Shown: positions 50,718 to 62,797 of the stretch, piece after piece
How positions within the stretch are numbered: position 1 is the first letter of the stretch
Layout of the letters: each line of letters starts with the position of its first letter
Source of the DNA: Tubiluchus corallicola
Lineage: Eukaryota > Animalia > Priapulida
Length of the DNA: 64,000 bases
Direction of reading: 5' to 3'
Assembly (NCBI GenBank): GCA_030141605.1
Contig: JAQGDQ010000886.1
Span: 19,831-83,830, forward strand
Program-made: the position numbers and the translations under genes
The notes under the pieces: model-generated
Database searches by the model: none
Told to the model about the DNA's origin: nothing
What the model saw: the letters and a program-made list of their open reading frames with translations, nothing else

Positions 50718-53700
50718 GACTGCGACGACAATTCTAAGCCTGTTTATTGTTGATGGTTGATATGGTGCATTATGAACATCTAAATTTTATAAATATGATT
50801 CATTTTTGGAGTTTTTTTGTGTCGTAAATAAATATTTTACTGCCAAATGTGTTATGTATAAATTGACTTTAAATTCTATATGTTCCTGAATCGTTATCAT
50901 CGTTACCGTCATCGACGCCATCGTCATCGTGATGATTATCATTCAGACTATCATCAGCGTTAGCAGCATTGCTGACAGATTTTACCAGCGACAGCATTCT
51001 TGTTAGCGTCATAAATGTATAACACACACTGAACAGAAGTTAATGGCATTTACAACAACTGTAAACATGCTTGTTACGGATAGCAATTAACACATCAATA
51101 AATTGGATAAAAAATGATTAAGCCCGTATCTTTCGGCAATTTATATGTAATGCGCACGTAAACAATGTATGTTATACAAGGGGAACTGGATTATATATAA
51201 CATATGTAGCAAAATTGGGTCAACAATGTCCGATTCGTTGCCATTGTTTGGCTAATTATTTTTGATTATTGATTTGACTTCTATGGATCTTTTATAAAAT
51301 ACTTAGCCCACAGGTGACAGGTCACTCCCAAATGTCCCAGCAATTTTCACTAGAAAGCCAATTCCAAAATCGCCCTCCAATTCTGTCTTGAAAAGTTATC
51401 TTTTGAATTGTGATCAGTCTAAATCTGAGTATTCGTCCTCACTACTTTCTGAACAATCAGATTCCAAGGAATCCGCCCATCTTCTGCCAATCAACAAGGT
51501 GATTATAATAGGCATGAACTCTCTCCTCCTCCTTCTCCTCCTCCTCATTCTCATCTCCCCTGCTCCCTTCAACTGATTGTGGTGGAGACAGATGTGTGGC
51601 GAAGCGCACAAAAGGGACAAGACAAGAGTGACTTGGCGCTAGTTCCCACCCATGTCTGACTATGAAGAGCGGTACGCAGTAGTTAGGTAGATGTCCATGA
51701 AATGTTGAAAAATTTGTAATGCATTAGCATGCCACATACACACAAAGAGCTTACATGGCACCCAGGCACTCTTCCTCTAAGTGACTCATGTTCACATTCA
51801 CGTTCATCACTGCACCACTGCAACGCCCACCAAGCCTGCCAAATCCACCCCACTGTGAAACCTATCTAATCTGTCACCACCCAACTTCTAAATCTGCTAT
51901 ACCATTAAATGTTAAAAATTTTACCCCAAATCAGTATTAAACATTTGTGGATTTGCCATTTGGCTTTTTCATATATAGACAAATTTTCATAGACCATTTA
52001 AAAATTTAAAAACGTTACAGTACGAAACTAAAATATGAATTCTTATAACATTAGCAAACAAATTTTAGACTGAATTAATTTCTGTACGTAGAATATTTTA
52101 TTGCGAATTTTCGCTCCCTAAACACAGTAATCCCTCTTTCAGGTTGTCGTTAAAGCCCAAGAATCACCTGCTTCTCCGTGGATAGTTTACTTTCCTATTT
52201 TTTATCCAGAAATTTATAATGGTCTGCTATATGAAGAATACTTTTTGGAATGAGACTGCGACGACAATTCTAAGCCTGTTTATTGTTGATGGATACTCTA
52301 TAATAATATGCTATGATTGAAATCCATTACAGTACATAACTAACATGAAGTTTATAATGACCAACTACATGAAGAATACTATTTAGATTAAGGTTGTGAC
52401 GACAACTATAAGCAGCTTGTTCTAGATAGTAATCTAATAAAGAGTTAAATCTTTCCGGCAACTTTCCAACAGCAATTTGTTGAGCTATAAGGATATCAAT
52501 CAAAACATCATAAAAAGTGAACAATTATTGTTTAGTAATTATAAGAAACATATACGAAATATATTGTTCAATAGCTGGCACTCAGTTATATGTACAGCCA
52601 CAACTCTTTTAACCTGGTGGATTGATAATGTGTGGTGCATTATGAACATCTAAATTTTATAAATATGATTCATTTTTGGAATTTTTTTGTGTCATAAATA
52701 AATATTTTACTGCCAAATGTGTTATGTATAATTGACTTTAAATTCTATAAGTCCCTGAATCGTTATCATCGTTACCGTCATCGACATCATCGTCATCGTG
52801 ATCATTATCATCCAGACTATCATCAACGTTAGCAGCATTGCTGACAGATTTTACCAGCAAAATCATTCTTGTTAGCGTCATAAATATATAACACAAACTG
52901 AACAGAAGTTAATGGTATTTACAGCAACTGTAAACATGCTTGTTATGGATAGCAATTAACACATTAATAAATTGGATAAAAAATGATGAAGCCCGTATCC
53001 TTCGGCAATTTATAAATAACGCACACGTAAACAATGTATGTTATACAAGGGGAAGTGGATTATATATAACATATGTACCAAAATTGGGTCAACAATGTCA
53101 GATTCGTTGCCATTGTTTGGCTAATTATTTTTGATTATTGATTTGACTTCTATGGATCTTTTATAAAATACTTAGCCCCCAGGTGACAGGTCACTCCCAA
53201 ATGTCCCAGCAATTTTCACTAGAAAGCCAATTCCAAAATCGCCCTCCAATTCTATCTTGAAAAGTTATCTTTTGAATTGTGATCAGTTTAAATCTGAGTA
53301 TTCGTCCTCACTACATTCTGAATAATCAGATTCCAAAGAATCGCCCATCTTCTGCCAATCAACAAGGTGATTATAATAGGCATGAACTCTCTCCTCCTCC
53401 TTCTCCTCCTCATTCTCATCTCCCCTGCTCCCTTCAACTGATTGTGATGGAGACATATGTGTGGCGAAGCGCACAAAAGCAACAAGATAAGGGTGACTTG
53501 GCACTAGTTCCCACCCATGTCTGAGTATGAAGAGCGGTACGCAGTAGTTAGGTAGATGTTCATGAAATGTTGGAAAATTTGTAATGCATTAGCATGCCAC
53601 ATGCGCACAAAGAGCTTACATGGCACACAGGCACTCTTCCTTTAAGTGTCTCACATTCACGTTCATCACTGCACCACTGCAACGCCCACCAAGCCTGCCA

Positions 53701-56144
53701 AATCTATCCCACCGTGAAACCTATCAAACCTGTCACCACCCAAGTTCTAAATCTGCTATACCTTTAAATTTTGAAAATTTTACCCCAAATCAGTGTTAAA
53801 CATTTGTGGATTTGCCATTTGGCTTTTTCAGATATAGACAAATTTTCATAGACCATTTAAAAATTTAAAAACGTTACAGTACGAAACTAAAATATGAATT
53901 CTTATAACATTAGCGAACAAATTTTACACTGAATTAATTTCTGTACGTAGAATATTTAAGTTACGAATTTTCGCTGCCTAAACACAGTAATCCCTCTTTC
54001 AGGTTATCGTTAAAGCACAAGAATCACCTGCTTCTCCGTGGATATCTTACTTTCCTATTTTCTATTCAGAAATTTATAATGGTCTGCTATATGAAGAATA
54101 CTTTTTGGAATGAGACTGCGACGACAATTCTAAGCCTGTTTGTTGTTGATGGGTACTCTATAATAATATGCTATGATTGAAATCCATTACAGTACATAAC
54201 TAACATGAAGTTTATAATGATCAACTACATGAAGAATACTATTTAGATTAAGGTTGTGACGACAACTATAAGCAGCTTGTTCTAGATAGTAATCTAATAA
54301 AGAGTTAAATCTTTCCGGCAACTTTCCAACAGCAATTTGTTGAGCTATAAGGATATCAATCAAAACATCATAAAAAGTGAACAATTATTGTTTAGTAATT
54401 ATAAGAAACATATACGAAATATATTGTTCAATAGCTGGCACTCAGTTATATGTACAGCCACAACTCTTTTAACCTGGTGGATTGATAATGTGTGGTGCAT
54501 TATGAACATCTAAATTTTATAAATATGATTCATTTTTGGAATTTTTTTGTGTCATAAATAAATATTTTACTGCCAAATGTGTTATGTATAAATTGACTTT
54601 AAATTCTATAAGTCCCTGAATCGTTATCATCGTTACCGTCATCGTCATCGTGATCATTATCATCCAGACTATCATCAGCGTTAGCAGCATTGCTGACAGA
54701 TTTTACCAGCAACATCATTCTTGTTAGCGTCATAAATATATAACACACACTGAACAGAAGTTAATGGTATTTACAGCAACTGTAAACATGCTTGTTACGG
54801 ATAGCAATTAACACATTAATAAATTGGATAAAAAATGATGAAGCCGGTATCCTTCGGCAATTTATATGTAATGCGCACGTAAACAATGTATGTTATATAA
54901 GGGGAACTGAATTATATATAACACATGTAGCAAAATTGGGTCAACAATGTTAGATTCGTTGCCATTGTTTGGCTAATTATTTTTGATTAATGATTTGACT
55001 TCTATGGATCTTTTATAAAATACTTAGCCCCCAGGTGACAGGTCACTCCCAAATGTCCCAGCAATTTTCACTGGAAAGCCAATTCCAAAATCGCCCTCCA
55101 ATTCTGTCTTGAAAAGTTATCTTTTGAATTGTAATCAGTTTAAATCTGAGTATCGTCCTCACTACATTCTAAATAATCAGATCCAAGGAATCGCCCATCT
55201 TCTGCCAATCAACAAGGTGATTATAATAGGCATGAACTCTCTCCTCCTCCTTCTCCTCCTCCTCATTCTCATCTCCCCTGCTCCCTTCAACTGATTGTGA
55301 TGGAGACAGATGTGTGGCGAAGCGCACAAAAGCAACAAGATAAGAGTGACTTGGCACTAGTTCCCACCCATGTCTGAGTATGAAGAGTGGTACGCAGTAG
55401 TTAGGTAGATGTTCATGAAATGTTGGAAAATTTGTAATGCATCAGCATGCCACATGCGCACAAAGAGCTTACATGGCACACAGGCACTCTTCCTTTAAGT
55501 GACTCACATTCACGTTCATCACTGCACCACTGCAACGCCCACCAAGCCTGCCAAATCTATCCCACTGTGAAACCTATCAAACCTGTCACCACCCAACTTC
55601 TAAATCTGCTATACCTTTAAATTTTGAAAATTTTACCCCAAATCAGTGTTAAACATTTGTGGATTTGCCATTTGGCTTTTTCATACATAGACAAATTTTC
55701 ATAGACCATTTAAAAATTTAAAAACGTTACAGTACGAAACTAAAATATGAATTCTTATAACATTAGCGAACAAATTTTACACTGAATTAATTTCTGTACG
55801 TAGAATATTTTATTACGAATTTTCGCTCCCTAAACACAGTGATCCCTCTTTCAGGTTATCGTTAAAGCCCAAGAATCACCTGGTTCTCCGTGGGTAGTTT
55901 ACTGTCCTATTTTTATACAGAAATTTATAATGGTCTGCTATATGAAGAATACTTTTTGGAATGAGACTGCGACGACAATTCTAAGCCTGTTTATTGTTGA
56001 TAGGTACTCTATAATAATATGCTATGATTGAAATCCATTACAGTACATAACTAATATGAAGTTTATAATGACCAACTACATGAAGAATACTATTTAGACT
56101 AAGGTTGTGAGGACAACTATAAGCAGCTTGTTCTAGATAGTAAT
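50433..56144. repeat. Tandem array of ~1.86-kb units (3 complete plus 1 interrupted)
   Basis: Units start at ~50433, 51969, 53828 and 55681 (periods 1536, 1859 and 1853). Unit 1 lacks ~330 bp, and unit 4 is cut by the LTR element. Confidence 0.97.
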
Positions 56145-57352
56145 TGTCATGTTTCGCCCTACATTTAATAGTTCTCACATTATGCTTATGCAACATTAAG
56201 CCCTATTCATACTGTATGTTCAATTAATTGATATGTATGATATTTAGCTACTGGCAGTGATAGTTAATTGTGTTATTAATTACTGATATTTTGTTAGGAT
56301 GTAGGCACCTACTAACAAACCCCCTTTTGAATTCCGTCTGACCCACTCTTGTCTGCCCTATCGCGGCTGTAATGCAGTGGCTAAGTCAAGGTTAATGATA
56401 GTGTACAGGTGAATAAAATTATAGCTGTTTTTAAGTGAGTGGCTTCTCGATGAACTTCGTTCTAACACTGTTTAGATAGAGACGGCAACTTGACACAGAA
56501 CGAGACAGGTCGTTTACTCGTCTCTGTGAAGTTATGTGTTTGTTGAACAGAAATGCCGTACTAGAAAGTTTCACACAAGATATGGTGTGTAATGTACATG
56601 GTGATACTGTGAGAGCCTAGTTGTTGTAAGCTACGTGGTCGTCAACCAGAGTTGTCCCAGAGATGCTGGCTTGCAGTCTGCAATAGTGGAGTTACCCACT
56701 GACTGACAAATGGATCGACCTACTACAGAACCACATCCAGGGTGGTAACAGGTACTTTTCGCTTTTGTTACGATCGTAACTAACGTCGCACTGATAACGT
56801 AAACATCACGTATACTAGCCTAATGTTCTTCGATGCTACTTGCTGGGTAAAGACTAATTGGTAGTTTCTCTGACGAAGTTTGGAATCGCAACTGTATTCA
56901 GACGCAGAGGTTATACGACGTATTGCTACCGTTCTACAAACTGTTCGCTTTAAAGGAAAGGTGTTTCAAAAAACCTAGGTACAAAGTGGGCAGACATGAA
57001 CTTTATGCAAACGTATATACCCTACTAACCCCAAGCTTTGTCAATATTGCTATATCTTTGTTATTACTGAACTTTTGCTTAAATCGAATCACTTTGGAAT
57101 TTGTTAACGATTAAATTGTTTGATTAATTATTTTAATGTCTGCCATTTGATCTTTTTCTTTCTTCAATCCATTAGTGTATAGAATGCAAATAGGCCATAG
57201 TCCCCCGTATTTTTAACATTAGCCTTAGGCCGATCTGCATCCATACATTTAGTGACTATCATACTAGCTCCCTTCTGTTATGAGATGTAAAACTAACGCA
57301 GCATGCCCCTCTTTGATTCCCCTAGAGGAAATACAGGATCAGGGTCATCACA
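56145..57352 (+). repeat. 5' LTR (1208 bp)
   Basis: TGTCATG...CATCACA; direct repeat of 62798-63999. Confidence 0.96.
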
Positions 57353-57353
57353 A

Positions 57354-57365
57354 TGGTGGCAGCGG
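57354..57365 (+). other. Primer-binding site, complementary to a tRNA-Leu 3' end
   Basis: TGGTGGCAGCGG lies one base after the LTR and is the complement of CCGCTGCCACCA. Confidence 0.8.
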
Positions 57366-58044
57366 TTTTAAAGTAATTGCCACAGTATAACAGTTGTAGC
57401 AATGGTTTGTCATAATTAATTTGACATCAGTTTACAGCAGTAGTAGTTATTGTTTTTCTTCATTCTAGTACATGTGAACAGTGTAATTGTTGTGAGTTTC
57501 AACTTTTAACGAAAGTAGTTTAGCAACAAATTTTTAGGGAAGAGCTGTCTATGATTGCAGGAAATTTAATAATTATGTTGGTAATACTAATCAGTTTATA
57601 CTGTGTTGTACCGTAAATCATAAATGCCTAATATCTGCAATTTTTACTAGACTGATAAAACCCTATGCTTGTTTATGCTAAAATACCTGTTTGGTGTGTC
57701 ACCACATGATTTTCTATTTACGGTTAAGTTTTGTGTTTTCAAGGTAATAAGTTGTTATTGCGTGAATGCCCGTACATAGGTGTATTTAGCATAGTAACTG
57801 GCTTCATAGTATTTGCGTGGAAATTTTTCTCTGGCTATAGATCCCTTAAATACACAGTGCAAACAGACTTTCCTATAAAGCACTGTCTGAACTTAGCGCA
57901 TAAATTACCATAGCATTACTTGTGGGTATTCTGACTTAGTTTACTTTAAGCGTTTTTTTTCTGCTTACCTATACAGTTACTACAGTATAACTCTTGTGAA
58001 TTAGCAACCTTAGTTCATACATTCACTGAAACAATTAATACATA

Positions 58045-59481
58045 ATGGAATCCAAAGTTATTTTGACGAAAGAAGCTTTAGATTCCATGAGAAAAGCTGA
58101 ACTTTTGGAAACAGCAAAAGCATTTGGTTTACCAACCTCAGGTAGCAAGCAAGAATTAATAACTCGCATATTAGCGTTCCAGAATTTTGTTGAATCTGAC
58201 ATAGTTAATCCTGATGAAGGCACAGTTCAGGAAGAAAATGTTAGTCTCCCTGATACGCAGCTGACACAGCAGAATGCACGTGATGACGAGGGTGCAACGG
58301 CCGAGCTCCCCCTCACTACGTCCACTCCCAGTGTCCAACATGCTATACAAAATTTTGGTGGAGTCGTGAAATCTAAACCTTACACAACGCCGCCACCAAA
58401 CATTCCTAATATGTTTCAGGATGCGTTACCTGTGCAACAAATGCAAGCACCTGATAATTATTTCCAAATAACACAAACTAAGCAGATAGAATTGCAATTG
58501 CAAGAAAAAATTTTACAAACAGAGCAAATAAAATTAGAACAAATGCGCTTACAAAGTCAAATGGGGATGAACAGTTATATGAATCAAAGTACACCAGATT
58601 ACAATCAGTCACCACTGAAAATTAAGCTACCAGTTTGGGATGACTCTAAAATGGATATCTTGGAATTGTTTTCCAATTTTGAACGCTGCATGAGCGTTAA
58701 TAAAGTCCCTAAGCGAGACTACGTAGCAAATTTAAGCAGGGTAGTAACACCTCGTGCGAATAGAGCACTAGATGAACTTTCAGAAGATGAGATAGCTGAT
58801 TATGATACGGTAAAACAACGAATACTTGACGCATATAAACTTTCCAAAGAGGCCTATCGTGTAGCATTTCGCGATACGCACAAATATAAATCTGAAACCT
58901 TCAGAAATTATTTCAGCCGTGTACGCAAAGCTGGCAATGCATGGTTAAATGCTGTTGACGCAAAAACAAAAGAGGCCGTCTGTGATCATTTCTTTCTAGA
59001 GCAAGCATATACTAGTTTGCCTGACGATTTAGTTGCCTATCTGAAAAGGCAAAAATTCACTTCCTACTTAGAAATGGCAGATTGTGCTGATATTTATTGG
59101 ACTTCTACAACAGAAGTGGCACCAATTAAACCATTTAAGGGGAAGGGCACAAGAAACTTTAAAAAGGTTTCCTCTATTGCCAATGGAAAAATTGATCATG
59201 ATATCGCTGATCAAATAAGTGGTCGCAAAGACACAAATTATCAACAGTCTAAAAAAGCTTATTGTTTTTCATGTGGGCAAAAAGGACATTCCAAGTATGA
59301 ATGTAGGAATAAGTCCATTCAGAAATCAACCCCGTCTGAGAAAAAGACATACTCAATTCTGCATTCAAGAAGCAGTTGTCTGGAGTTGTTCAGAGAAGAA
59401 CAAGGTCTTACTCCGATTCTTCAAATCAGAATAATGTCAGTTATCTCAGAGACGGTAATCACTATATATGGATTACAATGA
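58045..59481 (+). CDS. gag: Gag-like protein (N-terminal SAP-like motif, SCAN-like capsid, CCHC knuckle)
   Basis: LDSMRKAELLETAKAFGLPTSGSKQELITRIL; EAYRVAFR...FFLEQAYTSLP; CFSCGQKGHSKYEC. Confidence 0.9.
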   Translation: MESKVILTKEALDSMRKAELLETAKAFGLPTSGSKQELITRILAFQNFVESDIVNPDEGTVQEENVSLPDTQLTQQNARDDEGATAELPLTTSTPSVQHAIQNFGGVVKSKPYTTPPPNIPNMFQDALPVQQMQAPDNYFQITQTKQIELQLQEKILQTEQIKLEQMRLQSQMGMNSYMNQSTPDYNQSPLKIKLPVWDDSKMDILELFSNFERCMSVNKVPKRDYVANLSRVVTPRANRALDELSEDEIADYDTVKQRILDAYKLSKEAYRVAFRDTHKYKSETFRNYFSRVRKAGNAWLNAVDAKTKEAVCDHFFLEQAYTSLPDDLVAYLKRQKFTSYLEMADCADIYWTSTTEVAPIKPFKGKGTRNFKKVSSIANGKIDHDIADQISGRKDTNYQQSKKAYCFSCGQKGHSKYECRNKSIQKSTPSEKKTYSILHSRSSCLELFREEQGLTPILQIRIMSVISETVITIYGLQ

Positions 59482-62400
59482 ATGGCATTGGATGTTATGC
59501 ACTTAGGGATACTGGAGCTGATTCATCCATGGTTCGCTCTACTCTTTTACCCAAAGACCAATACACTGAAGACACTGTTGTTCTCATATGCTGTTGGGGT
59601 GAAACGAAAAAATTTTCGTTGGCTAAAATACCAATTTTCTCACCATTAGGAAATGGATGGCTTACTGTTATAGTAATTCCTAATTTGCCTAAGAATATAG
59701 TCATTGGAAATGACTTTAAAGAGGCATTGGAACCATTCTCCAAAGCAGAGGAAATCCAATTTGCAATGGGTAACTCTAAGGTGAGTCTTGGTCGTGCCTT
59801 ATCTTTGGAACAGTTGAATGACATCCCTCTTGATAACACATATGAGCTCGCTCATAAAGTGAACAAACATTCCAAGACGCAGTTTCCTGATGTAAATGCT
59901 GATCATGCTTGTCAATCATTGGTTGTCACAAGAGCTCAAGCAGCAAAGCGTGATTCTCAACGAGAGTTTTCTGCTACGAGTGGGGATGATGGAATTAAGG
60001 CAGATCTGAATCAGCATAATGACAAGTTGTTTCACTTGTCTAGAGCTCAGCTAATTCATGAACAGGAGGATGATGTAACCCTAAGGAATCTTCAAGACAA
60101 TGCTGTTAGCAAACAAACAGCACTGAAAAAGGGTGATGCATACTACCTGGAAGCTGGTGTTCTTCACAGAGCTCTAAGAGACAAGAAAGGCAAGACAAAG
60201 ACATTGTTGGTAGTTCCGAAGTCTCGAAGACTTGAGGTGTTGCAGCTAGCACATGATACAGAGATGGCAAGTCACTTGGGTATTAAAAAGACTCGACAAC
60301 GAATCTTATCTGATTATACCTGGCCTGGAATTCATAATTCGATAAAGCGATATGTACAATCCTGTCCAGTTTGTCAGAAAACATCTCGAAATATGACAAG
60401 AGACAGGATGAAACTCAAACCTTTACCTGTCATAGAGAAAGCTTTTGAGAGTATTCAAATTGATATTTGTGGCCCATTTAATAGGACCAAAAGGAATAAT
60501 CGCTACGTGTTAGTTATAATCGACCAAGCAACACGCTATCCAGATGCGTATGCTATGCCAAATGCAGAAGCTTCCACTGTAGCAAGATGTCTGCTACAAT
60601 TTATGTGTAGATATGGAATCCCTTCGATTATCCAATCTGATCAAGGCACTCAGTTCAAATCGTCACTGATTCGCGACCTGGAAACAGCACTGCACATTCA
60701 AGGAGTTTTTTCTACCCCATATAGACCCCAAAGTCAAGGTCTTTGTGAACGTTTTAATGGCAGCCTAAAAGCTTCTATTAAAAAGCTTTGCTTAGCCAAG
60801 AAAACATCTCAATGGGATGACCTTCTGTGCTTTGTTCTTTTTGCATACCGTGAGGTACCGCAAGAGTCACTCAAATACAGTCCATATGAACTGGTGCATG
60901 CATGGCCATCAAATAAATGGACCAATGGCAGTCCTTAGAAAACGCTGGGGTTCAGAAAAGTCTACAAACCCAGTTGAACTCGATGATTATGTTGCCGAAA
61001 TGATTGATCACCTCGAAGACATAACTGAAGAAGCTCATGACCAGTTGTTACAGGCTAAAGTTGCACAAAAAGACTGGTATGACCAAAAGAGTCGTCATAG
61101 GTCTTTAGAACCAGGCATGCAAGTTCTAGTTCTGCTTCCCTCTTCTCAGAAGAAGTTGGCCAAAATATGGCAAGGTCCATACGAGGTGTTGAGCAAAATA
61201 TCTGAATATGTATATGAGATAGCTATTCAGAAAAAAGGAAAGAAATCCCAATGCTTCCACATCAATCATCTAAAGGAATATATTTCCCGTGATGCAAAGA
61301 CAATTCTCTATGCACAAAGTATCCTGCCAAGAGAAGAACAGTTTAAAAACTTTTCTGATAAGCAGCCTGAACTAGGTGAGGACAATAATGCAGATATTTG
61401 GTTGTCTTTGAAACAAGAAACTGATATGCCTGATCATTGTTTTCCTCCATCATTAGTTACACCGACACAAAGTGTCAAAGATGTGGTAATACCCACTCAC
61501 CTGTCTAAACAACAACAACAGGAATTAACTGAGCTTTTAGATAAATTCTCCATTGTATTCTCCGACATACCTGGGAAAACTAATCTAATTGAGCACAAAA
61601 TCAATCTTACTTCTGACAAACCAATTTCTCAAAAGCCTTACCGCATTCCACAAGCGCAAAGAGAAGCAGTGCGTTTGGAAGTGCAAAATATGAAAGACCT
61701 TGGAGTGATTGAGGAGTCAGATAGTCTATATTCCAGTCCGGCAGTCCTGGAACCAGTAATCACTTGTGCATCTGGTTATATTGATGATGTAGCTATTAGA
61801 AGTCAGACATGGAAAGACCATCTTTACCACATTGAACTTGTATTAACATGCATCATGCATGCAGGCCTAACTATAAAGCCACTTAAATGTGCTTTTGCAC
61901 AACGAGAAATCGAATTTCTTGGCTACATTGTGGGCTGTAATGTTCTCAGACCACAACCTGCAAAAATACAAGCACTCAAAGACATGGCAAGACCACAAAC
62001 TAAAAAACAAGTTCGCAGTTTTTTAGGCTTCGTAGGATTTTATCGCAGATTCATTAAAAACTTTTCAAACATTGCTATTCCACTTATTGCACTTACTGAA
62101 AAGTGTAAACCAAATGCTATTGTCTGGAACGACGACTGTGAGCAGTCATTTGTTACTCTTTGCCATGCCATTAATACGGAATCGATACTTCATTCTCCTG
62201 ATTTTGAGAAAACTTTCTATGTAACTACAGATGCAAGTGATACAGGCATCGGTGCTACTCTCTCACAATTTGACACACAAGGTAATGAGCTACCAATAAC
62301 TTACATTAGTAGGAAGCTCTCTGGAGCTGAAAAGAATTATTCAACAATTGAACAAGCGCTGTTGGCAATTGTCTATTCAGTTGAAAAACTTTCTTTTTAC

Positions 62401-62574
62401 CTAGTTGGTCGAAGATCATGTTGGATGCAAAATCACTTGTCCCCTTACAAAACATGAAAGTTAAAAACAAGAGAATTGCTAGATGGATTTTGCTCCTTCA
62501 GGAGTACACTTTCACACTTGAGCACATTCCTGGAGTAAAAAAATGAATGTGCTGATGCTCTTAGTAGGATGTGA
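59340..62574 (+). pseudogene. pol: Disrupted pol: aspartic protease, integrase, RT, RNase H
   Basis: ALRDTGA (PR); HDTEMASH..CPVC, IDICGP, SDQG, CERFN and WQGPY (INT); YIDD and FLGY (RT); TDASDTGIGA, YSTIEQ and ADALSR (RH). Frameshifts at ~60900, ~62440 and ~62540, plus an RT deletion at ~61749. Confidence 0.92.
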
Positions 62575-62783
62575 ATAATTTTATCACTTTTTTAGATAGA
62601 ATAGCATATGTTTCTTTTGAGAACCTTGGAAACTTTTAAGCAAAGTGATCTGTAATATGGACCGAACTTTTTTTTGATATATTTTTTTTGCCAGAGAAAG
62701 GTTATCACAATTTCTTTTTCACTTCAATGTTGCATATAGATTTAAAGTGGTGACGTCCTTTTTTAGTCCATCACACACTTTTT

Positions 62784-62795
62784 GGAGAGGGGGAC
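62784..62795 (+). other. Polypurine tract
   Basis: GGAGAGGGGGAC immediately before the 3' LTR. Confidence 0.85.
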
Positions 62796-62797
62796 TC

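Noticed and set aside
50715-50760. Selenocysteine or read-through at the TGA of the peptide exon
   Set aside because: The paralogous internal repeat has TAA at that position, more stops follow, and no SECIS was recognised.
56923-57114. Identical 63-aa ORF in both LTRs
   Set aside because: It has a TTG start and no motifs; the identity simply reflects LTR duplication.
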